Positions 51,907 to 64,000 of a stretch of DNA of 64,000 bases are shown here, in pieces. Positions within the stretch are counted from its first letter, which is position 1. Every line of letters starts with the position of its first letter. This DNA comes from Phoronis australis (Eukaryota > Animalia > Phoronida): assembly GCA_002633005.1 (NCBI GenBank), contig NMRA01000567.1:6954-70953 (forward strand), read 5' to 3'. The notes under the pieces were generated by a model that was not told the DNA's origin, searched no databases, and saw only the letters and a list, made by a program, of their open reading frames with translations. The translations under genes were made by a program, and so were the position numbers.

Positions 51907-52139
51907 CATGCGCGCACCCAGCCTTTAATATGGTGGCGCTCGAATTTCTGACGAAGTGGGCCTTTTCCTGACAAAAAGCGGCAGGACTAAAAAAACCGGT
52001 GTACCACCTTCAGGACTGTGAAATGTGCGTCTGCGCCTTTTTAGCGGACTTTTGTCTTGGACTTTTTGTTTCTCTGAGGCGGACCTTTTTGTCCACTTCG
52101 CCAAATGGAGGGGCTCATTCGAGCCCCCCCCCGCGCATG
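51907..52139 (+). mobile_element. hAT5-like MITE, copy 2
   Basis: CATGCGCG...CGCGCATG with perfect TSD TTCTT. Shares AGGACTAAAAAAAC and GGACTTTTTGTTTC(A/T)CTGAGGCGGACCTTTTTG with 3803-4040. Confidence 0.85.
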
Positions 52140-53403
52140 TTCTTGCATAATTTTACGCCTTTTGAAGCAAAGAAAAGCCTGTCGTCGTTTTAGACACAGT
52201 ACGGTCGTGAAACGCGCACGCGCCATAGTCCTAACTTTTTACATCTCTCGGGAGATGATGGCAGCATAGATTTTCTCGAATGACGTGGAATGTGTTACGA
52301 CACGACAGGTTAATATCACCGAATACGTAATTTTTTTGATATTACATGGACAAATCACAAATTAGTGCAAAGTAGAAATCCATACGCCTTACATTTTATC
52401 GTCTGCAAAGACTAAAGAAACCAAACGCGCGCCAACCCCAAAATACCGGAATTCCAAGAAGGTGGCAAGGTTATGATTGACAAATCAAGTGTTGCAACTG
52501 TACGTACTCCCTGTTGGAAGGACATGCAAACAACTTCTTAAACGGACCCATCTTCGGCGACGAATTCAATATCCACGTTCATTCGAAACGGAGACGAACC
52601 CCAACTCAAGAAACGCGGCGAGCCAGTCTAGCTATGCTGGTCAAGGTCAATTCAGTGCTCACGCACGAGGTAGCCTTGCTGACTTATTTATGAACATTTT
52701 TTAAATTTTAATATTACAACTTCAAAGACTATTTATTAGATTCTAACTTGAATATTTGTTATGAAAGCTGAATGCAATTTACAATTGTTTAGCTTAAAAT
52801 AAAACTATTAATAAAAAGTAACTGAATTACTTTACATTGCGCAAGCTTGTTTTTACAAAAAATGCGTCATGTGGTTAAAAGTTTTAGATACGTCGAGCTT
52901 TTCGGCAAAAAGATCGTTTTTGCGGTTCATGTGAGAAAACAAACCCTAAAGCCTCGGGATTTTGACGACATTTCCAAGAGGTTTTGTCCATGCCATAAAC
53001 CTGAGACTCGTGTAGGATTCTGGTTCTGCAAAGACAACAGATTCGCAACTCCGACAATTTCTTGCGTAATAATATCCTAGAGCAGACGCCAACCTATAAA
53101 TAAAGCAGCTTCCGGCTAGTGTATTGTCATTTGTGACCGGAAATTCTACCTTCTGTTTTAGCTTACTGTCCAGTACAACGAAAAAAATTCGGCATTGAAA
53201 CGCTGTTCAAAGTCTTCCAATAATAGAGTTTTTTATATAAAAAATAGTAGAAATCTTGGTATTGCGAGTACTTTTGGCAATGCTACCCGACCACATAACA
53301 CCCAACCATGATTAGCAGACGACCTACTTGCCGGAACACGTGCTATGTTTGCCAGGCGTGCGTTCAGTAGACGCCAGGACCTACGCTAGGACCTAGCTAA
53401 AAC

Positions 53404-53421
53404 CATAGATTATAGTCTATG
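53404..53421. mobile_element. P-element-like 18-bp footprint with 7-bp TSD
   Basis: CTAAAAC-CATAGATTATAGTCTATG-CTAAAAC. Confidence 0.65.
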
Positions 53422-54597
53422 CTAAAACCTAGTCAAAGTCACGTGTTCTCATTTGAAATAAACGGCACTATCTCACGTAATCTCGCGAAGTCTTGTTTTT
53501 TAGCGAGGTCCCAGCGCTACTGAACGGGAGGCAGGTGTCGCTAATGAATTGTGACGTCACCACATATACGTAAGACCACAGATTTCATCCATCGAAAATA
53601 TGCGGAGTTGGCGGTCCATGTACTATAGCCTATGATGGCAGCTAGGAACCAGCAAAGTTTGTTCTGGCATTAAAATACTAAAAACATGTAACGAAATGAA
53701 ACCAGTTCCGATATTTTTTGTGAAATTATCGCTGGGAAAAGTGATTTCTGATATCAGACCCAGCGCGGATTTCTAATTGTAAACTTCGCGTCGCAGCCAA
53801 ACGCCCTGCTGGCCAGCTAAGTAGTACCCCCCAACAGTAATCCCGACTGCAAAAATGCGTTTCCAGCAATAATGTCCTCCAAAATATCGATGAAGACTCC
53901 TTCCAAATTTCATTTTTAATTTCAAAAGGTATCAAAACCACACAGGCATCGTCAAAACAAGATATATAAGCAACCATAGTCCTTCGAACATTGTCCTCCT
54001 TCGTATCCATGTCAGTTTCATAGCTTTGATACAGAAGTCAATATGTGTCATTCTATTATAGCCTTAGATTAAAGTTTCTCTTGCCTATTTTACTGTTTGT
54101 TCCTCACAATATGAATTTCTAGAAAAGTTATTCAAGGGTTTTCGAAAGTTTGCAGGTTCCAAGAGCTGGTGGCGTTGTCTCAGAGGGTAAAATGCAACCC
54201 ACAACACGGCCAGTAAGCCTTTGTTAAGGACGAATAGAGTAACGACGACGAGAAAAAAGTGCAAAAAATTAGGCAACAAAAAATAACATTTGGAATTCGA
54301 ATGACGCGAAAACGAGGCATCAAATGTGCCTGACGGATGTTTGCGGCATTGTTAGTAAATACAGCGAGATTCAAGTGTCGCAGTGTAAGGCAGGCGTCGA
54401 CGCATCGATGTAGGTTTTGGGGAGTTGCGGTAAGTATGAACCGTTAACTTTGGTCCTGGATCGACGTTAACAGTACCAGTTAACTTCGTAGTAAAAAGGT
54501 GAATTTTACAACGGAGCGTCGATGCTGTGGTGCGAAATGAACTGTCAACTTCCGTCTCATCCTATCGCCAGGGGATACTATTAATGTCAACAATTAA

Positions 54598-55640
54598 AGG
54601 GCAGTGTCATCTCCAACAGTCGCTTATATTTGGCTCAAATAATCACCAATCGAATTATAAATAGATTTTATGTCAATTGAGAATTAGCACATGTACCGGT
54701 AAATGTTCTCAAATTGTCACATTAAAAATTGGCGTGTGTACGGGCTCGCTGGTTCCCTGCGTGCCGCTAGGTGGTAGCCAGCACGCAGGTATCACTTAAT
54801 TTTCCTGGGAATTGTTCTTACACCGGCGTTTCTGATTGGCTGGTCGAATTCTCAACAGGCAGCGCTTTACGCAAACAAACTGGCATGACTGATGGAGTGA
54901 AGTGTAAATGTGGTCTGTTGTACCGACAAATCGGTGCTTAAAATTTATGTTCAGGAAATGTGAATCCCAGAAATTGTGGCTGCGCCCTTTCGGAGTGCAT
55001 CTTTCTACTGTCGATGACTTGTTTACGATACTCTCCGGTATACATACAGTATGAATAACACACCGGTTAAATCGGTCAGATATGTGTTGATTGTACACAT
55101 ATGTGCTTCAAGCACGCGGCTACTAAACATTACTGCAGAAACGAAATACTCGCTGCTACGCCACTTGCATGACAAGGCTAAACATCGTTCATTATTATAT
55201 AGTCCGCTATTTTTTCACGTCATTGTAAAGCTAACCAATGACTGCCGATGTTACATCAACCAATGCTAAAGCGCGTGCTACTGCGCGATACCTGGGTGCT
55301 GGCTAGGCACGTAGAAAAGCAGAACCAGTGAGGTACACGGGATGCATTAGCGCTACCTTGCAACTTCTTCAATGACGACATCGTCACCTACCGTTTACTT
55401 CGATGCCATTAACTACCGAAGCTGAACGATTCAAGTAAGGATATCTCAAACCTTATTAAAAATGAAATTTTAACTTAAAAAGGTGTTGATACAATAATAA
55501 AATAATAATGGTACATAAATACAAAACATATTTTTATATTCCCTGGTCTTTTTTCTTTTCTAATAGTTTTACTAGTTGACAAAGCCTTTATTTTTTGATA
55601 TACAAGTTGGAATGGAGGCTAAATAAAATTTGAGATGACC
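54598..55640. mobile_element. Kolobok-type non-autonomous element
   Basis: TTAA on both flanks; termini AGGGCAGTGTCATCTCCAA / TTGAGATGACC; internal inverted repeat TAGCCAGCAC(G/C)CAGGTATC at ~54775 and ~55290. Confidence 0.6.
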
Positions 55641-56483
55641 TTAAACTTCGCAGTTTACGTCGAAGCTCCGCTCATACTGGAGTTCTCTTCTCTGTACCCG
55701 ATTTCGGTAGCAACATTATTGCAGATGTGTATTTTTCGTCGACTGTGGAGAAATTCTGGCTATGTAATATAGGGGTTCGCCGTGTGAGTTGCCTCGCAGT
55801 GTCGGTAGAAACAAAGTGGTAATAACTAGACAGTTCAGCAGTGAACCTGTCCAAATAACAAGTCGTGTCGTTGTGCTGAATAAATGGCAACTGATTTTAT
55901 TCTGCACTCCCAGTCATTTATATACACAGTCATTGACAAAATAACTATGACACGTGGGCTAATACTAAGGAAATGACTAAACTATAATACAAAACAATTC
56001 TTATAAATGATTCGACGTCACAAGGAAGCTAGACCAAATAAGGCAGATTGTTACGTAACCAGTTCCGGAGTTGAAGGAACTCTGTAGTAAACAAACTGTC
56101 TGTGACGTATGGCTGGACATTTGAGCTAAGACACATCTGGTTCCGGTCAGTATGAATCAGCTGATGGGCGAAGTGTCAAAACAAAAACAATACATTATCA
56201 CGGAAATCCGTGACATCGACTTATCTATAACCTTGCGGTTTTCATCGTCCAACGACGTGTTCTTACCACAATCCTTAGTAGTGCACCGTACAAAACACAG
56301 TCCGGTTCAGCTAAGCGCTCGTGTTCACAACCCACGTGACATGTGCTTTCCCACCGATGGTAACAGGATCTCGCGGCTGCATGTATCTCGTATTGACAGT
56401 GAATGAGAAAACTGTCATGGTATCCGCACCGGCAGAATACTAAGACATGCACGGACTTTTCGATGTGCAAAAAATGCCACTAA

Positions 56484-56808
56484 CCCGAGGGGTACTTCAA
56501 ATTTGCAATCGGACATGCCACTCAGATTCGCGAGTCGATCACCATCATATTTAGTACGAAAGGGTGCACTTAACGGGTAAGGAAGCCAATAATGAACCCA
56601 TCTACATGTACTTATCTTATCAGGAGTCGTTTTTGATGATGTTGAAAAGGAAGCGCAATGGATTTTTACAATTTTAAATCAATAATTAAGCATTGTGCAG
56701 GGTTTATAACTGGTTGTATCTCATAAGAATAATATCACGTAGGAAAATTCTCTACGAAAAGATCAGACTTTCATGGAACTTCCCTTGAAAAGAAGTATAA
56801 GTCCCCCT
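56484..56808 (+). mobile_element. Degenerate MITE of the CCCGGGGGGTACT type; similar relic at ~46238-46420
   Basis: Starts CCCGAGGGGTACT and ends AAGTCCCCCT; TSD not resolved. Confidence 0.35.
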
Positions 56809-57778
56809 TAATCGCGCTACCGCGCTAAAGGGGTGCATTTTTATATCTAAAAGGATGGGTGTCCCACCTTTTCAATAACCTTTTAAATAAAATAATGTAG
56901 TGTTCGCAAGTAACCAGGCGTACTGTTGCGGTTTAGCGAAACAGCAGAACGAGAGACGATCAATATGCCCAGAGGAACGACAAGTCAAATGTCTGAAAGA
57001 CGCCACTCTACACATTTGCCTCGGGCAAAATAAATTCTAAGCTGTTTTACTTGCACTACGAATATCTGAGGGAACAAAACCAACTAGGTTAGGCCAGCAT
57101 GTGAGTCAACACGGTCCCAAAACAGGCAAACGCGCATTTGTGTGCGTGAAAAATCGCTCCCAAAGCGATTCACGGCGTACACGGACACGGACCCGTGCGC
57201 GAAACGGACAAACGAATGGCACTCTCACATATTATTAGGACATGGACACGCAAACGGACACGGCACACGAAAAATGGGTGACCAGCTTTAAATGGTTCTG
57301 GTCTGTTTTTTCTTTGAAAATTGATGTATTTTTAATTGTCCATATGTTCAAAAAGAAAGTCCCTTGAATGCCAGCCGATGTTAGTCGGATCCTCCCTCTT
57401 CCCGGCGTCACCTAATGCCGGCTGAAATGTGTCGGGATCCTTCTTCGTTTTACCGGACTCACGAAACGTCATCGATTTCCATTTGTTGTTTGGCAGTTCT
57501 TGGTAAAACGACTCGCGAGCCGGTCTCACCATCCGAATAGACTGGTACTTCACATGGCGAATGGTCCGTTACGCAAGGCACTTGCAAGTGAAAACAACGA
57601 ATATCACGTGCTTCGCCAGTAAAGCGATCTAGACAAGCGTGAGATGCTAATAACATCATGGAATTCTGCACTGGTCGCATCCTCGCCATAAGAACGTCAA
57701 CATCAATATAACAGTAGAACTGGCACTACTGCAATCCTCAGTCCCTGAGTACATCTCTATCACGCAACAGAATCACCA

Positions 57779-58100
57779 GGACCGGGGTCTAATCTTTTTA
57801 CTCGAAATCGAACTCGAAATTATATTTGATATTTTCCGTAAGCAAGAACTCAAGATAAGTGTTTATTGTTGTGTGCTCGAGTATAGGCTTTTATGATTCT
57901 AGCTGGCAGATGTCAGTGTCTAGACCATGATGATAAAGCCTGGATTCGATCTACAAACCCCACATGCAGGTTTCGAGATCAGATTCAAACTTATAGCTTT
58001 ATGCTGGGATCATCAAAATAGGACTAGATTCATCCATTTCACATAAACCATCATATTCCAGCACATAACACTTAACTTGAGTTTGTACTAAAGTTAAACT
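57779..58100 (+). mobile_element. Truncated relative of the 30248-30648 MITE
   Basis: AATCTTTTTACTCGAAATCGAACTCGAAATT and GAACTCAAGATAAGTGT are shared with 30260-30340. Confidence 0.65.
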
Positions 58101-58389
58101 GATAAATTATATACCTGGAAGAACACGTGAAAGACGTATGCAGGCATCGTTTACTTTATTCACAAAATGGCAGTGAAGACCTCAAACTCACACCTACCAT
58201 CCAACGATCATACTAAGGTGATTGCATTGTATGGCACAATTTTTAGCACTGCCTTGAATAAACCCGAGTATAAATTTTCATTGAGGGCTATAATAAACCA
58301 AGGCTATAATAAACCAACTGTCCTGGCACGAAACTTTCCCAAAGATTGTTTTTACTTTTATCCCCCCGCGCAAATTGCTATAAACCGCA

Positions 58390-58980
58390 CACTTGAATAG
58401 CCGCTTTTCGTGGTATTAGCTTTCATTAGGCATAAAAAACGTATAAAACATATAAAATTCATAATTGGAAAATATATGTATCAATCAAACTTTGCAAATT
58501 TTATTCAAACTATAAAACCAAGATAAACATAATTTAAGAATTGCATTCAACATTAAAAAGATTACTAATCCAGCTAAGCTGAGTAAACCCCAGGAAATGA
58601 TTACAAGACACACGAAAAATAAACCATATCAGAGACCTGATGCTTGATAAGGGTGCGTGAGTACTGACCAGGTGAACTCACATTAGATCGAAGGTTTGCA
58701 TTGGTTAAACGATCCAAACTGTTCTTGATCAATGTATCTGTACAGCGAAGTGTATGTCATGAAAAACATTTCTAATGGTTTTCAGCTAATTTCGTATTTT
58801 CTCACATTTCACCTGGTAGTCAGATAAATCCTGAAAAGTCCACCGAATCGATGTTTTATAGTTCAATCAAACTTTACAAAGTTTGATTGATATATAGATA
58901 TATTTTTTCCATCTATGAATTACACATTCCTGTTTTTTATGCCTGAAGAAAACTCACCACGCAAAGCAGTTATTCAAGTG
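58390..58980. mobile_element. MITE with ~110-bp TIRs and CAC...GTG ends
   Basis: CACTTGAATAGCCGCTTTTCGTGGT..AGGCATAAAAAAC..TATCAATCAAACTTTG pairs with the reverse complement of ~58872-58980. No TSD evident. Confidence 0.7.
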
Positions 58981-58984
58981 TTTT

Positions 58985-59280
58985 CATTTTTGTGGTCCTT
59001 CTTCTTCCCTTACTGTTGCTTATCGCTACCAGCATCATAAAAATCATTATTATAACTAGATCAATACCAGTGCGGGTATCCTTATTAGTAGTATCACCAT
59101 CAGAACCGGTTGTGATTATCAACATCTTTGTCACGGTCAAGATGATTATAGATATTTTTATCAATATCAATATTCTTATCGCTTCATCGTAACCGTTATT
59201 GTTATATACAATTATTACAGTTGCAGCACGAACTATCATCATTACTAATAGTTGTTATTGTCACGTCACAGTCATTAGTA
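58985..59280. repeat. Degenerate (ATC/ATT)n low-complexity tract
   Basis: Trinucleotide periodicity explains the Ile-rich spurious ORFs on both strands. Confidence 0.7.
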
Positions 59281-60304
59281 CCTCATGAGTGACTAGAAAT
59301 AACTGTCCACCTAATACAGCAGTGGTTGCTTGAAAGGCATTGTTAAATCTTACTCTGGTGTGTATTTGGAGACCTTATGAATGTTTGACACTTGAAAGTA
59401 TCCACGATTGTAAATACTAGCCCATGAAATAATTACTGTTACAATATAGAGCTTCTGTGCGCATTCTATAAAATCGATCCCGAACATTGCTTTTAAAGTT
59501 GAACGTATTGCCCCTTTATTGAACATCACGGTAAAGCAGCACTCAGATTATCAATGACTTATATCTACTTATCTGATACCTATTTTAAGAAATTTTACTT
59601 TATTTACTTACTTGGCACAGAACATGAAAAGTAAACAATTGTTTTTATGCCGTGCTTATAGCAACATGTCATCGCAAACATCACGTGACCATCTGTTATG
59701 CTATTACCCACAATCCCACGATCAGGTGGATCTCTGGTGAAATCCTCGTCAAAGGCAGTAGCCGCGGCCAGTTTAGACTCCCTTGAAATTAAATTCTTGT
59801 GGTAGGCCAGGTTTGGCGGCAGTTTTGGAGGATTACAAAAGAATCTGGTTTGCTTGTAGCTGTGAACGAACTTGATTTACCTGGATGACTCTCTAACTCT
59901 GGTTCAGCACATAATGACCCCAGCATTCAAGTTGAATGTTTGAGCCTTAACGCTAATTCTCGAAATTTCACTAGAAATCAGTTTTTACACGAGTAAGTAG
60001 GTAGAGTCATAAATTGCGAACTTGGACTAAACACTGCGCGAGCCATAACGGCGAGTACAGAATAAGCTCATATATAGTCTTGTAGCCTCCGTTAGGGTCC
60101 CAATAGAGGATCTTGAAATTCTTGGTAGTATACGGTGTTTTGATAAGGTGGCCACCCTGAAGCACTTTAGCCGAGTTGAAATCATGACAATCTTATGTAT
60201 TTTATAAAATATGCATATTATGGCCATGCCATTTTCTAGTTAGAAAGAATCCTTTCGAGGTGAAGAATACTGTGAAACCTATTTATGACAGTAAAAGGCC
60301 TACT

Positions 60305-60432
60305 TATTCTACTTTTGATATTAGCCAGCTATAAGCAAGGCAAAATGCATCATAAAATTCCAGTTCTATTCGACTTTTGATATTAGCCAGCTATAAGCAG
60401 GGCAAAATGCATGTCATAAAATTCCAGTTCTA
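60305..60432. repeat. Recent 62-bp tandem duplication
   Basis: ACTTTTGATATTAGCCAGCTATAAGCA(A/G)GGCAAAATGCAT..CATAAAATTCCAGTTCTA occurs twice, nearly identical. Confidence 0.9.
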
Positions 60433-62704
60433 ACCCTGGTAATGGTTGTTTCATGAAGGCTGGGACTGAGATAAGCAGCCTTCTCACTCGTGTGACAATG
60501 ACGTAATGAACAGAGAATGTAAAGGTCAGCTTTCACGCCAGACAAAATGAGCGAACACGGACATCGGTATGGCAAGTATCGTAACTTTTGAGGGCAACTT
60601 TTCTAAAAAACTTTCGCTGAACTGATGAAAAAGGCCCTGGTTTGCTTGTGTGTGTGTTAGTATGAGTTTGTGTGTGTGCGTGGAATTTAGTGGAGCAGGC
60701 CTACGATTTGTACCATGCATTGAGATTTAGAGACGCGGCCATGGAATCGTTTCCAGTACCTGGTAAAGTACAGTTAAAATGATTACCTGCAAGTTGTAAT
60801 CGACTAAATATGCATTGAGCTGACAAGTTAAACCAGAGGTGTTGGCCTAGGAGATAATTTATTACCCTCACATTCTAATATTTATGTAAATGACCTAAGA
60901 AAAATGTTAATGAATTAGGTGTGTGGTAAATTTGGTGACTCACAGGGCTTGGAATAATCAACGACAAAAATGAGGACAATATTCCAGGTGACATGTCGTT
61001 CCACAAATAAATAGGCTAGTGCGATTGAATGTTTTTGTGTTGCAAAATTTAACTTGAAATAAATATTTTTACATGAATAAAGTCAAAATAATGATAAAAA
61101 GAGATGAAAAAAGAGAAGACTGGAAATCAAATAAGAGAAATGGAAACCAAAAAAGAGGAAATCCTCTTAAAAGAAGAAAATTCCAAGCCCTGGACTCAGT
61201 GTTTTCTGTTTTGCTATAAGTAGACGTCAGTGTCCTCTTTACCGAAAGTGACAATGCCTGCCAGATTTGTTTTTTCAATTAACTAGTACACTAAACGGAT
61301 AATGTTTGTTAATTTATCCAAAACACATGTTGCTCACCAAATCTACTGAAATTTTTTAATTTGTTTGGAAGTAAAGAAATTCATTATCTTTATTTCAGAA
61401 GAAAATGTAATCAAATTAACCGAGGCTTCAATTATAATGTCTAACTTTTCACTTTACTTGTTGCTTATTAGCACAGATTTTGTATTACAAATAACTATCT
61501 GCTATGTTGGGTTACAAAGATTGTATTAGTTCTGGACATTTTTCGAAATTTAGTTTGGCGTTTTTATTTAATGGGTAAACAGATTTGCAGTCGATGGTGA
61601 CTTTGGATGGGACTTCAGCCCGTGAGAAGTGCTGCGGTTGAGAGGTGCCGCAGGTGTCTCAAAAGCGCAACACGCCAGGGTCGTTACACCAAGCTACATG
61701 TACTACAATACGAACTCGTAAACGGGAAAAGGAATGAGTTGGATTCAACGAAGCGCTCTCTAATCGGAGTAAGAAGCCAACGGACGGTGTCTCATTCGAG
61801 ACATGATTTTGGCCAAAGTGTTCCTTGTCCGTTTCTCCTTGGGAGGCCCAGCCTTCGTTACTAAGATAATAACTTTTATGACCAGCCATGATCGAAGCCG
61901 TCTAGTCTCTAGGTAATAGTCTAGGCGACCACACAGAAGTAATTTTGGGTAAACTCGCCACAGCGTTGTTATGTAGCTACATAATTTATGCTCTGAAGCA
62001 TTTGTCAGGCAAGCTGGTAACCTGGAAAAGGTACAAACATGGGTCCACAGGCTTGGATGGAAAAGAAATTCCGCTGCACTTCAGCAAAACGCAGGCCAAA
62101 CAAATTCCTCATGTAGCCATGTCTGTTTTGCGTTCCACATAATAGATTATTCAACATTGTAACAACTCATCTTAAATACATATCACTGGAAAGCAAACCA
62201 ACTGTTAGTCCCTAGCATACCAAAAGAGACAGTAATGTACCACTACCGTTATTTAATTACTAAGCCATCAACGTAGTCGCAAACGCACCTGAGATCTTGG
62301 TGTCGCCGCTAACATAACAACAAAGGTATTTCTAGAGGGAGTGTGCCCTCGTCAGTAAAAACACAGTTAAAAGAATGGATTTTCTAGAACTTTGAGAACA
62401 TAACTTGCTTGAATTCCAGCTAAAATGGCCCAAAGAGTAAACATTTACGGGACCGGTCTCCCCACGAAGAGGTGCATTTCCCCGGCTACAAAACTGCCCG
62501 AAACTGTGCCTTTCCTATTTGATTACCTACTAATGGGTTCACTAAAGGAGTTCCAAACTCTGCAAAGGTTCTCTTTTAATCTACAAAAATTTATAGATTA
62601 AAGCTTATAATATTATATCGTGAATTGACAATGACAATAGTCTTTGAAAAGTATAGTAGGGGTGGAAGCGAGTCCATGGCCACGCCTCTAAATCCGGCCA
62701 GCTA

Positions 62705-63040
62705 TGATCCTCTCAAGGTTCTGTCCAGGACCAACAGAAACAAAACTATAGCACAAATCCCCAGATCCATGTCCCTAAACTCCAAAGAGGGGATGAAAAT
62801 CCTCCATACACGGAGACTCCAGTCAACGGAACAAGCTCCAATCCCACCAGTGGCTGTGAATGGTTCACAAGATCTTTGTGTTTCAAATATTGTTCTCACA
62901 GGAATGTATCATCAGAATTCCTTCCTCAGAAGAAATACAAGTTGAAAGTTCAAGAAACACAGGACCAAACACTTAGGCACGCGTCCTCAAGAGGCGAGAC
63001 TCTCGCTAAGGAAGCTTGTGTGATTAGGTACCTACTTGTG
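62705..63040 (-). pseudogene. Probable decayed tyrosine recombinase of a DIRS/Ngaro retrotransposon
   Basis: YLITQASLARVSPLEDACLSVWS / CFLNFQLVFLLRKEF**YIP..SVDWSLRVWRIFIPSL..GICAIVLF follows the YR pattern PIT..D..W..FLRKSN..P..V.WSK..IP..LCPV. Confidence 0.45.
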
Positions 63041-64000
63041 ATACACGGCAATATGGTAAGTTCAGGAAAGAAACTTGGTCTACAGAAGCATGCCAGTGAC
63101 GAAGACACATTGCCACTGACATCTATTGGTTTAGAGCAGTATTATGAATCCCCTAAAATTGGTTGGGGGTAATTTTGGGAATTAACAATGTTTAAAAATA
63201 TGCATGTCCCCAATAACAGCTTATGTGGAGTGATTAAACTGGGACTTCATCAACTAAGTAATTCTCAGAAGAAATAACTTGCCTCCATACAAAACTGCTA
63301 GCTAAAACAGACAATGATGTGTAATTTGATTGGCCAACTTCATGTAGACATTCTCATAATTCTATCACATGCTTCTATCTTGTGGTGTACACATATTCAA
63401 CAATGCAAGGATAAATATGAATGCGCACAAGTGAGCACTGTGCAAACAGCTATTAAAATCTTCAGCACTGCCTACTCTACTTGATTTAGACAAAAGTGGA
63501 TGGTGAGACTTTAAAACAACATTTATAATGGAAATCTATATAACTCAAGTCTGTGCAACCAGAAATACATTTACAAAATGACTAAAACTCGGAGGGAAGT
63601 TTTATTTGAAATAAAATAAATTTTAAAGGAAACAAATTTTGGCATTAACAAAAATAATACATAAGACAACAAACACTATTAAGTTATCATATGAAATTAA
63701 ATTCAGGTAAAACCTCACAAATGTCAGACAAAAATTATTGCCAAAATTGATGTTTTGACATTTTTCAAAAGCTGCAATCTATTGTTGAGGATACTGGCAA
63801 AACAATGTCTGATGTAACCTGCAGTATAGTCCGTGAAAACGACATAAGCACTTATCTGGTGCTGCTTAGGTTATATGAAATAACCACAGAGTATATTGTA
63901 CTAACGTAAGATACACTGTACCTACAATTCATGTTGTACAGTATAACAGCCATGTCTGATAAGATTGTGCAATGTAAAACAGTTGCAGTTGAGGCGTCAT

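Noticed and set aside
57332-57689. Possible Harbinger transposase N-terminal relic (RMVRP..NKW..FRE..DTF) on the - strand
   Set aside because: Weak similarity and no matching termini found.
58970-59242. Hydrophobic ORFs resembling membrane proteins
   Set aside because: Product of an (ATC/ATT)n low-complexity tract.
63500-64000. Possible 3'UTR end of a neighbouring - strand gene (TTTATT near 63601)
   Set aside because: No coding sequence in the window; composition alone is insufficient.

Overview
Eukaryotic, AT-rich invertebrate-animal DNA; it looks like a marine bilaterian, but the taxon cannot be fixed from sequence alone. The only intact, recognisable host gene is a two-pore-domain K+ channel of the THIK subfamily (KCNK13/KCNK12-like) on the + strand. 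It has two coding exons (6045-6378 and 39253-40139, 406 aa) separated by a 32,874-bp phase-1 GT-AG intron that falls in the first pore signature (TI-G|FG). Nearly everything else is non-coding or decayed mobile DNA: a Helentron-type non-autonomous element whose internal repeats carry CTCF-like motifs, five hAT5-like elements with 5-bp TSDs, ISL2EU/Harbinger/Kolobok relics (including a multi-level nest at ~29-33 kb), an internally deleted AcademX element with an XPG/PIN nuclease relic, a LINE RNase H relic, a probable DIRS/Ngaro tyrosine-recombinase relic, TTAA-MITEs carrying tRNA-like cassettes and P-element-like 18-bp footprints. The least explained item is a 214-codon antisense open reading frame at 42123-42767, inside what may be a ~7-kb 3'UTR. 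Most short ORFs in the supplied track are spurious. All family assignments were made by eye, with no database search.
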